Source: an uncultured Gammaproteobacteria bacterium
GTDB taxonomy: Bacteria; Patescibacteriota; Microgenomatia; Levybacterales; GWA1-39-11
Assembly: GCA_964651815.1 (NCBI GenBank)
Contig: CAZYWG010000001.1
Coordinates: 65,189 to 129,188 of the forward strand
DNA length: 64,000 nt
Reading direction: 5' to 3'
Shown here: positions 27,699-36,623 of the stretch, piece after piece
How positions within the stretch are numbered: the first letter of the stretch is position 1
How the letters are laid out: the number at the start of each line of letters is the position of its first letter
Notes under the pieces: generated by a model
What the model saw: only the letters and a program-made list of their open reading frames with translations
What the model was told of the DNA's origin: nothing
Databases searched by the model: none
Program-made: the position numbers and the translations under genes

Positions 27699-27850
27699 TA
27701 ATTTTTTCCAGTCGCATCTTCAGTGTTGCCATGATAATAATCATCAAGTCTTTTAAGAGTTGAATAAATATCAAATTTTATTTCCTTCTTGTAGACAGCA
27801 GTCCCACCCTTTTTCCCGTAATATGCCCTCCTCTTATTTTTTCGTGCCAT
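27698..27850 (-). CDS. Small basic 50-aa protein (below ORF-track cutoff)
   Basis: MARKNKRRAYYGKKGGTAVYKKEIKFDIYSTLKRLDDYYHGNTEDATGKN, read by hand; fills an otherwise empty gap. Confidence 0.5.
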   Translation of the reverse strand: MARKNKRRAYYGKKGGTAVYKKEIKFDIYSTLKRLDDYYHGNTEDATGKN

Positions 27851-27982
27851 TATGATCTATCGTAACGCTTCTTATTCAAGGATATAAAAGATAGTTGTAA
27901 GAGATTGGTTAAAAACATTCTTTTAAATCCCCTGAATTTGTTGACAAGCACAAAAGCCTCAGGCTATGATTAAGTAAGACAT

Positions 27983-29359
27983 ATGACAGAAGCAGAACGT
28001 GCAATTGAAAAAATTGCAAATGCCCCGGCTGTGGCGATTACTCAAACAATTAATACTTCAAACAAAGTTGTCAAAAGAATTGAAGACATAAAACGAGTAA
28101 AACAAGTAAGAAATTATTGGTCTGCGCTTGGACCCGGCCTCACCACGGGTGCAGCAGATGATGACCCTTCAGGAATTGCAACGTATTCTCAAACCGGTGC
28201 TCAATATGGTTTTCAGCTTTTGTGGCTTGCGGCATTCACATTTCCACTTATGGCAATAGTCCAAGAAATGTGCGCGAGAATTGGTCTTGTTACGGGTCGA
28301 GGGCTAGCCGGAAATATTCGCCTTTATTATTCAAAAAAAATTCTTTACTGCTGCACGGCACTCCTTTTTATTGCTAACACTCTGAATATTGGCGCAGACC
28401 TTGGGGCTATGGCAAAGGCAATCCAACTTATTTTCCCGAGCTTTAACTTTGCATTATTAATACTTGGCATAACTGTGCTGACTCTATTCTTGCAAATTTA
28501 CATAAGTTATGAAAAATACGCCAGATACTTAAAATGGCTTGCGTTAATATTGCTGGCGTATATAGTTTCTGCTTTGAGTGTTAATCTAAACCTTCACGAA
28601 CTTGCGCTTCATGTCGTAATTCCTTCAATTACTTTTTCCAAAAATCAAATATTTTTAATTTGTGCAATTCTCGGAACAACAATTTCTCCTTACCTTTTCT
28701 TTTGGCAGACTTCGCAAGAAATCGAGGAAGAAATTCTGACAGGAAAAACTTCTATAGTTCTGCGTCAAGGAACAACGAAAAAAGAAATTAAAAAAATGCA
28801 GATTGATGTTTGGTCTGGTATGTTTTTTTCAAACGTAGTTATGTTTTTTATAATTGCTGCCTGCGCTGCAACACTTTTTGCACACGGCAAAACTAATATC
28901 ACAACGGCAGCTGATGCCGCATTGGCTTTAAAGCCTATTGCTGGACCTAATGCATTTTTACTTTTTGCACTTGGAATAATCGGGACTGGACTCCTGGCAA
29001 TTCCTGTTCTTGCAGGGTCGGCATCATACGCTTTTTCAGAGAGTTTCAACTGGAAACAAGGACTATATCATAAATTAAAACAAGCCCCGTCTTTTTATGG
29101 AATTATAATTTTTTCCACAGTTATAGGTTTTGCAATTAATTTTTTGGGTATAGACCCAATTAAAGCATTGCTTTATTCAGCAGCTGCCAACGCCTTTGTC
29201 GCGCCTGTTATTCTTGTTTTAATTATCGGGATCAGCAGTAGTAAAAAAATAATGGGCGAATGGTCCGTGGGAGGCATAAAACTAATTCTTGGATGGGTTA
29301 TTACTCTACTAATGCTTGTAGCAAGTGTTGCAACAGTTGTCTCCCTATTTTTACCATAA
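27983..29359 (+). CDS. NRAMP-family divalent metal transporter (DDDPSG subtype)
   Basis: LGPGLTTGAADDDPSGIATYSQ, GTTISPY, ~11 TM. Promoter TTGACA-N18-TATGAT upstream. Confidence 0.88.
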   Translation: MTEAERAIEKIANAPAVAITQTINTSNKVVKRIEDIKRVKQVRNYWSALGPGLTTGAADDDPSGIATYSQTGAQYGFQLLWLAAFTFPLMAIVQEMCARIGLVTGRGLAGNIRLYYSKKILYCCTALLFIANTLNIGADLGAMAKAIQLIFPSFNFALLILGITVLTLFLQIYISYEKYARYLKWLALILLAYIVSALSVNLNLHELALHVVIPSITFSKNQIFLICAILGTTISPYLFFWQTSQEIEEEILTGKTSIVLRQGTTKKEIKKMQIDVWSGMFFSNVVMFFIIAACAATLFAHGKTNITTAADAALALKPIAGPNAFLLFALGIIGTGLLAIPVLAGSASYAFSESFNWKQGLYHKLKQAPSFYGIIIFSTVIGFAINFLGIDPIKALLYSAAANAFVAPVILVLIIGISSSKKIMGEWSVGGIKLILGWVITLLMLVASVATVVSLFLP

Positions 29360-29369
29360 TAATTTAACT

Positions 29370-29636
29370 ATGGATGAAAAAACTAGATGTCAATCATGCG
29401 GAATGGTGCTAGATATTGGGCTTTACGGAACAAATGCCGATGGCCGCGCAAATGAAACCTATTGTAAATATTGTTATGAAAATGGAAGTTTTCGCGAACC
29501 AAATTTAAAAATGATTGAAATGATTGCAAGATCAGCAGCACTTATGGTAGATGATAAAATGGATCCAGAAGAAGCCAAACAAATTGCAAACAAAATTATT
29601 CCACATCTTAAACGCTGGGAGCAAAAAAAACCTTAA
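29370..29636 (+). CDS. Zinc-ribbon (Zn_ribbon_2-like) protein
   Basis: CQSCGM..GTNADG..YCKYCYENG.F..LKRW. Start at MDEK. Confidence 0.8.
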   Translation: MDEKTRCQSCGMVLDIGLYGTNADGRANETYCKYCYENGSFREPNLKMIEMIARSAALMVDDKMDPEEAKQIANKIIPHLKRWEQKKP

Positions 29637-29643
29637 TTTTACG

Positions 29644-29695
29644 AAATCAAATCTTTAAGTTTTGATTTTTAGTTTTTGTTTTTTGATTTTTAAAA
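29644..29695 (+). terminator. Possible intrinsic terminator / heptamer-periodic T-rich tract
   Basis: AAATCAAA...TTTGATTT stem followed by a T-rich run after the stop codon. Confidence 0.4.
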
Positions 29696-29752
29696 TACCT
29701 ATTGTATTTTCAAAATATCTGTTATAATCAATCAAACTACATAATCAGACCC

Positions 29753-30427
29753 ATGCCAAGAGCAAAAAAACCAACAAAAAAAACCGTCGATTCAAGAAAA
29801 ACTTCAACACCTGTTGTTTCAGATAATAGCTCTTCTCCCTCCCAACAGAAAATTCCGCTGAGTGGATTTTTGGCGGCAATAATTGTAGTGATTGTGATAT
29901 TACTCCTTGGATATTTTAGAAATCAATTCATTGTAGCAACAGTAAATGGCGAACCTATTACAAGAATTCAACTACTTTTAGACCTTGAGAAAAAACAAGG
30001 TAAAGCAGATCTTGATAATTTAGTAACTGAAAAACTAGTTATGCAAGAAGCGGCCAAAAGAAAAATAATCGTAACGGATTCGGATGTAAATAGCGAAATT
30101 AGTAAAATAGAAACTAATCTTAAATCTCAAGGCCAAAATCTGGATATGCTTTTGGCGCAACAAAACTTAACAAGAAGTGACTTAAAACAACAAATAAAAG
30201 TTCAGGTTATGCTAAAAAAGATGGTAAAGCCGGTAACTGTGAGTGAAAAGGAAATAAATGATTATCTTGATCAAAATAAAGCTAGCATTCCACAAGGTAC
30301 AGATCCGGCAACACTTACAAAACAAGTGGGACAACAAATTCAACAGCAAAAACAAGGGCAAGAGGTTCAAGCGCTTATTGCAGAACTTCAACAAAAAGCA
30401 AAAATAAATTATCTCCTAAAATTGTAG
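29753..30427 (+). CDS. SurA N-terminal/PrsA-like foldase without PPIase domain
   Basis: TM anchor, VATVNGEPIT, LV.QEA.KR.I.V, VSEKEI..Y, KAKI. Start at MPRAKK. Confidence 0.8.
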   Translation: MPRAKKPTKKTVDSRKTSTPVVSDNSSSPSQQKIPLSGFLAAIIVVIVILLLGYFRNQFIVATVNGEPITRIQLLLDLEKKQGKADLDNLVTEKLVMQEAAKRKIIVTDSDVNSEISKIETNLKSQGQNLDMLLAQQNLTRSDLKQQIKVQVMLKKMVKPVTVSEKEINDYLDQNKASIPQGTDPATLTKQVGQQIQQQKQGQEVQALIAELQQKAKINYLLKL

Positions 30428-30440
30428 CCTTCCGAATAAA

Positions 30441-30722
30441 TTATAATCTAGGGATTTGTCCAACGGGTATCATTCTTCCATTCCCTGTAACTATTGGAGA
30501 TGCGGTATTTGTTTCACCGTTTTGTTGGTTATCTAAAGCTTTACTACCTTCCTTTATCCTTCTTTCTCGAATACTTTCCCTGTCAAGCTTTACAACATGT
30601 GCTTTTCTACCCAACGGCTTTAAATCTACCCTGCGTTGAGAAAGCCATAAATCCACTCTGCGCTGAGCAAAAGAAGTAGTCTCAAGCTTTGTGTAATTCG
30701 ATTTATCCGTTTCCTGTGACAT
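30441..30722 (-). CDS. Hypothetical protein with duplicated QRRVDL motif
   Basis: 93-aa ORF filling the gap; TAGAAT -10 lies 6 nt before the ATG. Confidence 0.55.
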   Translation of the reverse strand: MSQETDKSNYTKLETTSFAQRRVDLWLSQRRVDLKPLGRKAHVVKLDRESIRERRIKEGSKALDNQQNGETNTASPIVTGNGRMIPVGQIPRL

Positions 30723-30854
30723 TTATATATTCTAAGTTACCATGCTGAACCTTCGCTTGACCTTAAAATACTAAATTCCTGTCAAAAAGCTGACATTTCA
30801 TGACTCGTTTTTTGGTTTTGTATTAACAAACTCTAAATGTTAAAATTTACCTCT

Positions 30855-32147
30855 ATGAAGAGTAATGTTAGCGAAGCGCAATATCCGCCAAATTTCCGTG
30901 AGAAAGATGCAAAAGCACTTGGTGAGCAAATAAAAAATCGTCATTCTGTTGCGCTTATTGGAATGAAAAGAGTTGGAATAAGTAATTTTCTAAGATTTTT
31001 TTTGAATCATCCTAAAGTTAAGCAAAACTATTTAAACGATGACCAAAATCATCTGCTTGTAGCAATTGACTTAAATGATTTGGTAGAAAGAGAAATTTTT
31101 CCTTTTTGGGTTCTAATGCATAAGAGAATTCTCGATGCAGTTGAGGAAAATAAACTTCCTCAAAGCATTAAAAAGCAGATCGAAACTCTTTTTCTAACAA
31201 GTATCCAACTCCAGGATCATTTTATGACTTTTGATAATATAAGAAAAAGCCTGATGATTTTAATTGAGGAAGGATATCTCCCTACGCTTTTTTTTCTTAG
31301 ATACGACCGCCTTAAAGAAGCCGTAACAATTGAGTTTTTCAACAATCTACAGGGATTAATAGCAGCCACAAATCATAATATATCATACGTTTTCACGTCT
31401 GTAAGAGGACTTGATAGTCTTTCGCCAACGGTTTTTTCCAAATCTCAAGCTAATGCTTTTGTACACAATATATATATAAAACCAGCAACACACGCGGACT
31501 CTGAAACTATGTATTCAACAATTAATAAAAATTACAAATTGCGCCTTTCAGAGCCTTTAAAAAAAGAGCTTTTGAGAGCTGCAGACGGTTATGCTCAATA
31601 TCTTTTCTTTGCAATGATTTTTCTCCTTGAGTTAAAAGACAACTTACCCAAACCTAATGAGCTTTTTACTCTACTCTTAGAAGACGAACGCGTAGCACTT
31701 CAAACAGAAGAACTTTGGGAAAGTCTTACAGAACCGGAACAAGACGTTTTAATAAAACTACACACGGGTGCAAAAATTACTAAAACTGAAAAACAGGACG
31801 CCAACTATATTTTTAAAACAGGAATTGTTAACGACAAAGAAGGAATTTTCAGCCCCTTATTTTCAACATATGTACAGGAAAGAATGCATGAAAGAAAAAC
31901 CCAAAATAACAAGATAGAATTGACTCGCAAAGAACACCTTTTTTTGAATTTGTTAATCTCTCAAAAAGAGGAAGTATGTGAACGCGAACATATAATTCAA
32001 ACTGTATGGCCTGAAACTGAAATGCTTGGAGTATCTGATTGGGCTATAGACAGACTTGTAGCAAGGCTCAGGACAAAACTAAAATTGCAAAATTCAAAAT
32101 ATGAAATACAAACTGTTAAAACGCGCGGATATAAATTGGTAATTTAG
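30855..32147 (+). CDS. Degenerate P-loop (AAA/STAND-like) domain fused to OmpR-type winged-helix DNA-binding domain
   Basis: Walker-A-like IGMKRVGIS (Lys lost). C-terminal LTRKE...VW...AIDRLVARLRTKL...IQTVKTRGY. Promoter TTGTAT-N17-TAAAAT supports the 30855 start. Confidence 0.75.
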   Translation: MKSNVSEAQYPPNFREKDAKALGEQIKNRHSVALIGMKRVGISNFLRFFLNHPKVKQNYLNDDQNHLLVAIDLNDLVEREIFPFWVLMHKRILDAVEENKLPQSIKKQIETLFLTSIQLQDHFMTFDNIRKSLMILIEEGYLPTLFFLRYDRLKEAVTIEFFNNLQGLIAATNHNISYVFTSVRGLDSLSPTVFSKSQANAFVHNIYIKPATHADSETMYSTINKNYKLRLSEPLKKELLRAADGYAQYLFFAMIFLLELKDNLPKPNELFTLLLEDERVALQTEELWESLTEPEQDVLIKLHTGAKITKTEKQDANYIFKTGIVNDKEGIFSPLFSTYVQERMHERKTQNNKIELTRKEHLFLNLLISQKEEVCEREHIIQTVWPETEMLGVSDWAIDRLVARLRTKLKLQNSKYEIQTVKTRGYKLVI

Positions 32148-33913
32148 TAAATATCAAACGACTCAAGAAGTTTTTTGTTTCCTTCAATTTGATAGTGCAA
32201 AAGCTCAGCGTAAATTCCTCTCTTTGTTGAAAGTTCCTTAGGAGTCCCGTAGTTAGCTACTTGGCCATTATCAATTACAATTATGTGGTTAACATTTTGA
32301 ATGGTTGAAAATCGGTGAGCAATAATAATTACGAGCCTATCTTTCATAAGACGTTCAAGTGCATCTTGAACCTCCTTTTCACTTTTTGCGTCAAGTGATG
32401 AAGTCGCCTCGTCTAAAATCAAAATGGGTGCGTTTTTTAGAATTGCACGTGCTATTTGAATTCTTTGTTTTTGACCTCCGGAAAGCTTTACTCCTCGCTC
32501 GCCTATTTCGCTATCCATTCCATGTGGCAATTTCATTACAAAGTCATATGCGTTAGCAGATTTAAGTGCTGATACTACTTCTTTTTCAGTTGCGTTTTCT
32601 TTTCCATAAATAACATTTTCTTTGATGGTAGATGAAAAAAGTTCACTTTCTTGGAAAACAAGGGAAATATTATTTCTGACATCCCTTGGCGAAAGTTTTG
32701 AATAAGGTGTTTCTTTAAGAGATATCACTCCTTCTGTTGGTGCATAAAGTTTCATAATAAGATTTACTATTGTACTTTTTCCCGCCCCGCTGTGTCCTAC
32801 AAGTGCAACTTTCTCCTTAGAAGTAATTGAAAATGAAACTTTATTTAAAACCTGTTCAGACTCCTCATATTTAAATGAAACATTTTTAAATGTAATTTTA
32901 GGATTATTAATCATCACACTCTTAGATTTTTCCCTAAAGTTTTCAGCGGAAGGAATATGCAAAATTTCAAGATATTCGCGGCTGCCTTGTTCTGCCTGTT
33001 GGATTTGTGTCAAAATAAACGACATTGCAAAAAGCGGGATTCTTGCTTGGTTAAATAATTGAAGAATCAAAACCATTTCCCCAATTGTAAGTTTCCCAAT
33101 AAAGGTGTTGTAGAAAACCAAAATATTTACGGCAAAAAGCACTAGGATGAGCGAAAAATTGCGGGCAAAATCGAATTTGTGAAAAGTCCAACTTTGTTTT
33201 GCATAGATTTTATTTATTTTTGTAAGATTTTGTGAGACAAAATTATACTCCTTAATTTCATTTGTAAACCCTTTCACAAGACGGATATTGTTAATAACTT
33301 CATTAATACGCCCACGGGTCACATCTTCAATTTTATTTTTCTCTACTTCTGCCTTTCCCCATTTAACTGTGGACTGGTAAGAAATTACTAAATATATAGG
33401 AAATAGAATGAAGGTAAAAAATGCAATTGGAAGATTGTAATAGGCAAGGACTACAATAGTAAAAAGACTTTGAACAAAAGTCGGAAGGATGAAATTTGTT
33501 GAGCCATTCAAGAATTGATAAATGGTAAAAATCCCACGGTTCAACTGATTTATAATTTTACCCGAAACCTGGCTATCAAAATAACTTTGCGGAAGACTTA
33601 AAACTTTATCGTAAAATTTTTCAGTCAAAAACTGTCTTAACTCTCCCGCAAAATGATCCCCTAATCTATCTGAAATAACGTTTAGCGCCATCCCTGAAAA
33701 ATTTGCAATGAAAGCTATGATTACTAGAGTAATTAATCGTGTTACATTTCCAGGATGGCCTGTTATTCTTGCTGTTATTTCATCAACTATAAATTTTGAC
33801 AAAATTGGAGCAACCAGTTGCAATGCCGATGAAACCAGAATTAAAATTCCAACAATTATAACTAGCCCGTGCAGTGGCTTTGATATTTTGATTATTCTCC
33901 AGATGTTCTTCAT
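32144..33913 (-). CDS. ABC exporter, fused permease/ATPase (MsbA-like)
   Basis: 6-TM domain, GHSGAGKST, LSGGQKQR, LDEATSSLD, IAHR. Confidence 0.92.
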   Translation of the reverse strand: MKNIWRIIKISKPLHGLVIIVGILILVSSALQLVAPILSKFIVDEITARITGHPGNVTRLITLVIIAFIANFSGMALNVISDRLGDHFAGELRQFLTEKFYDKVLSLPQSYFDSQVSGKIINQLNRGIFTIYQFLNGSTNFILPTFVQSLFTIVVLAYYNLPIAFFTFILFPIYLVISYQSTVKWGKAEVEKNKIEDVTRGRINEVINNIRLVKGFTNEIKEYNFVSQNLTKINKIYAKQSWTFHKFDFARNFSLILVLFAVNILVFYNTFIGKLTIGEMVLILQLFNQARIPLFAMSFILTQIQQAEQGSREYLEILHIPSAENFREKSKSVMINNPKITFKNVSFKYEESEQVLNKVSFSITSKEKVALVGHSGAGKSTIVNLIMKLYAPTEGVISLKETPYSKLSPRDVRNNISLVFQESELFSSTIKENVIYGKENATEKEVVSALKSANAYDFVMKLPHGMDSEIGERGVKLSGGQKQRIQIARAILKNAPILILDEATSSLDAKSEKEVQDALERLMKDRLVIIIAHRFSTIQNVNHIIVIDNGQVANYGTPKELSTKRGIYAELLHYQIEGNKKLLESFDIY

Positions 33914-33937
33914 AAAAATATTGAACCTCTAATTTTA

Positions 33938-34285
33938 TCAAAAATTGATCGTATCTCCTAACTTTGTTTTTGACTTCTTAATAGACCCTTCCGGCAATTC
34001 CAAAACAGTATCAAACTTGGGGTTCCAGATAAAAATTTTACTGGGCGAAAGATCTTGATGAAAAGTAACAACCTGATTATTTTTATCAACAACCAAAACA
34101 TCAATTTTATTTTTCATGAGAAATGTGTGAATTCCAAATCTAGTTTTAAAAATTAGTCCCCCCGAATTTGCAACCAAAATCATCCCCAAAAATTTATCCG
34201 TTAGACTGCTGGCGATTTTTATATTTTGACAAACTACCGTATTTCTTGTTAGATTTTTAACCACCTGTCTATTATAGACTTTCAA
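33938..34285 (-). CDS. DUF192 family protein
   Basis: GIHTFLMK..IDV..VD...VLELP.G. Confidence 0.75.
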   Translation of the reverse strand: MKVYNRQVVKNLTRNTVVCQNIKIASSLTDKFLGMILVANSGGLIFKTRFGIHTFLMKNKIDVLVVDKNNQVVTFHQDLSPSKIFIWNPKFDTVLELPEGSIKKSKTKLGDTINF

Positions 34286-34341
34286 ACAACCTTTAATCTA
34301 TAATAAATACCTGCCGCGTTTAAAACGGCAACCAATTACTC

Positions 34342-35103
34342 ATGTCAGACTATTATTCAGGAAAAAGAACAAACGGTCTATATTTTCCGGAATCAAAACT
34401 TCCATTCAGACTCAGCCGTTCGCGAATTGAGAACTTTATTAATTGTCCAAGATGTTTTTATATTGACAGGAGACTTGGAGTAGACAAACCTCCGGGTTTT
34501 CCGTTTTCTTTAAATTCAGCAGTTGATAAGCTTTTAAAAAAAGAGTTTGATATTCACCGTAAAGCTGCGACTACCCATCCTCTCATGAAACACTATGGCG
34601 TAGACGCCATCCCAATGGCACATGAATTGATTGATGATTGGCGCAACCCTTTTCAGGGGATTCGATTTTTACACGTTCCAACTAATTTATTAATTTTTGG
34701 GGGAATTGATGACGTTTGGCAGGATAAAAAAGGAGAATTAATTATAGTTGATTATAAAGCGACGTCAAAAGCTGATGAAGTAAACCTTGATGCTGCCTGG
34801 CAGGATAGCTATAAACGCCAAATGGAAATTTATCAATGGCTTTTTAGAAAAAACGGATTTGAGGTATCTGAAACTGGATATTTTGTTTATTGTAATGGAA
34901 ATACGGACCGCGAAGCATTTGATGGAAAACTTGAATTTGATGTAAAGATTATTCCATACAAAGGTGGCACTTCATGGATTGAAAAGACGCTTGTTGATAT
35001 CAAAAACTGTCTTGACGGAAATCTAATCCCACAAAGATCTGTCGAATGCGATTATTGTACTTATACAAAAACCATTGAGCAGATTGATCGTAAGGAGTCT
35101 TGA
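34342..35103 (+). CDS. PD-(D/E)XK nuclease (RecB/Cas4-like), solo
   Basis: LSRSRI..F..CPRCFY, GGIDD, VDYKAT, QMEIY, CDYC. Confidence 0.85.
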   Translation: MSDYYSGKRTNGLYFPESKLPFRLSRSRIENFINCPRCFYIDRRLGVDKPPGFPFSLNSAVDKLLKKEFDIHRKAATTHPLMKHYGVDAIPMAHELIDDWRNPFQGIRFLHVPTNLLIFGGIDDVWQDKKGELIIVDYKATSKADEVNLDAAWQDSYKRQMEIYQWLFRKNGFEVSETGYFVYCNGNTDREAFDGKLEFDVKIIPYKGGTSWIEKTLVDIKNCLDGNLIPQRSVECDYCTYTKTIEQIDRKES

Positions 35104-35134
35104 CAATTACTTGTCTTTTAAAATAAGATAAATT

Positions 35135-35782
35135 ATGCCTAAAAAATTCATACTGTTTTTTGTCATATCCGCAATTGCCTTAATTTCTTTTATTTTTGTG
35201 CACAAAACTAGCGCAAATGTTTTACCTTTGGGAATGAGAAGCATGGCAAATATCGCAAATCCTCCTGGCGGACAAGTTGCAAGTGGAGGTGGAACGCTTT
35301 TACAAAGGTTTAGAGAACAAATTCAAACTATTAAAGATGAGAGAAAAAAGCTCCTCGTTGAAAAAATTGAAGATCATATAGCAACTTCAAATGCAAGACT
35401 TACTACCAAAATGAAAAATGCTTTATCAAGAATGTCAGCAATTCTTCAAGATATAAAAGTAAAAGCAGCAGGACAAAAAGCTGCCGGTAAAGATACAACA
35501 GCACTTGATAATGCGATCGCTGCAGCCGAAACAGCTATTGCAAATGCGCAAGCCGCCGTCAACACGCAGTCACAAAAAGAGTACACTACAACAATTTCGG
35601 ATGATACTGGTTTGAAAGGCGTGATAGGACAGATGGTATCTCAGTTTAAAATAGACCTAACTGCAACATATAAGACAGTGGTTGATGCAAGACAAGCCGT
35701 TGCAAATGTAATTATGGAACTTGCCAAACTGGGAGGAATTGGAAATACATTTAACGCGAGCAGTTCTGCTATAACTAAATAG
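35135..35782 (+). CDS. Secreted alpha-helical coiled-coil hypothetical protein
   Basis: Signal peptide and Ala-rich helices (AAGKDTTALDNAIAAAETAI). Confidence 0.7.
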   Translation: MPKKFILFFVISAIALISFIFVHKTSANVLPLGMRSMANIANPPGGQVASGGGTLLQRFREQIQTIKDERKKLLVEKIEDHIATSNARLTTKMKNALSRMSAILQDIKVKAAGQKAAGKDTTALDNAIAAAETAIANAQAAVNTQSQKEYTTTISDDTGLKGVIGQMVSQFKIDLTATYKTVVDARQAVANVIMELAKLGGIGNTFNASSSAITK

Positions 35783-35783
35783 T

Positions 35784-36221
35784 ATGGAACAAAAAACGGA
35801 AAATCAAAATCAAAATAATCAACCATCCTCACCGGCAGCTCAAGCTGGTGCTAATGCCGCGCCAGTAACTCCACCGCCAGCTTCCACTACTGCAAGCACG
35901 GCAGCACCCCAAACACCAAACGCCACACCGTCTAATCCTCCTCCCGAGGCGCCAACTCAGACAGGGGGCAAAAATAAAACGGTGATATTAATTATTGTAG
36001 TGGTAGTTATGGCGTTAATAGTTGGACTCCTTTATATGTTTGTAATTAAAATGAACAGCTCCACTCCCCCACCAAAACCAACCGCCACGGAAACTATTGT
36101 TCCTACTGTAACGTCTGTACCAACCCCAACGCAAGAGCCCGCACAAGAAATAAACAATCTTGATCTTGGAAATCCACAACAGGACCTTGATAACGTAAAT
36201 CAAGACGCGCAGCAGTTGTAA
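35784..36221 (+). CDS. Pro/Thr-rich single-pass membrane protein
   Basis: Low-complexity N-terminus, one TM, PTPT linker; starts just after the upstream stop. Confidence 0.7.
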   Translation: MEQKTENQNQNNQPSSPAAQAGANAAPVTPPPASTTASTAAPQTPNATPSNPPPEAPTQTGGKNKTVILIIVVVVMALIVGLLYMFVIKMNSSTPPPKPTATETIVPTVTSVPTPTQEPAQEINNLDLGNPQQDLDNVNQDAQQL

Positions 36222-36257
36222 AAAATATTACTTATAACTCGGCAAACTGAAATTCTT

Positions 36258-36593
36258 ATGGGTATAATAGTTTCTCTTCTTGTTAATGCTGTAGCAGTAT
36301 TTGCCACAGGATATATTTTGCCAGGAGTCCACATCAATAATTTTGTCACTGCTATAATTGTCGCAATAGTTCTTGGCATTCTTAATACTTTCATCAAACC
36401 TATTTTAATAATTTTAACGTTGCCGATTAATATTATTACTTTTTGGCTTTTTACTTTTGTTATAAACGCGGTTTTAGTATTAATTGCTAGTTCTATTGTA
36501 CCGGGATTCAAAGTAGACGGCTTCTTCTGGGCTCTTGCTTTTAGCCTTGTCTTGTCTCTTGTTTCTTCTTTCTTAAATACTCTTGTTAAATAA
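36258..36593 (+). CDS. YvlD/DUF360 (4-TM phage-holin family) membrane protein
   Basis: LGILNTFIKPIL.ILTLPINI.T..LF..VINA, PGF.V.GF.WA. Confidence 0.85.
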   Translation: MGIIVSLLVNAVAVFATGYILPGVHINNFVTAIIVAIVLGILNTFIKPILIILTLPINIITFWLFTFVINAVLVLIASSIVPGFKVDGFFWALAFSLVLSLVSSFLNTLVK

Positions 36594-36623
36594 CTTTAAG
36601 ATTTGTTTTAAATTACTCAAAAT

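Noticed and set aside
34342-35103. cas4 / CRISPR-Cas locus
   Set aside because: No cas1/cas2 or array anywhere in the window.
36258-36593. Phage holin as evidence of a prophage
   Set aside because: YvlD/DUF360 family is a common chromosomal membrane protein; no lysin or structural genes are present.
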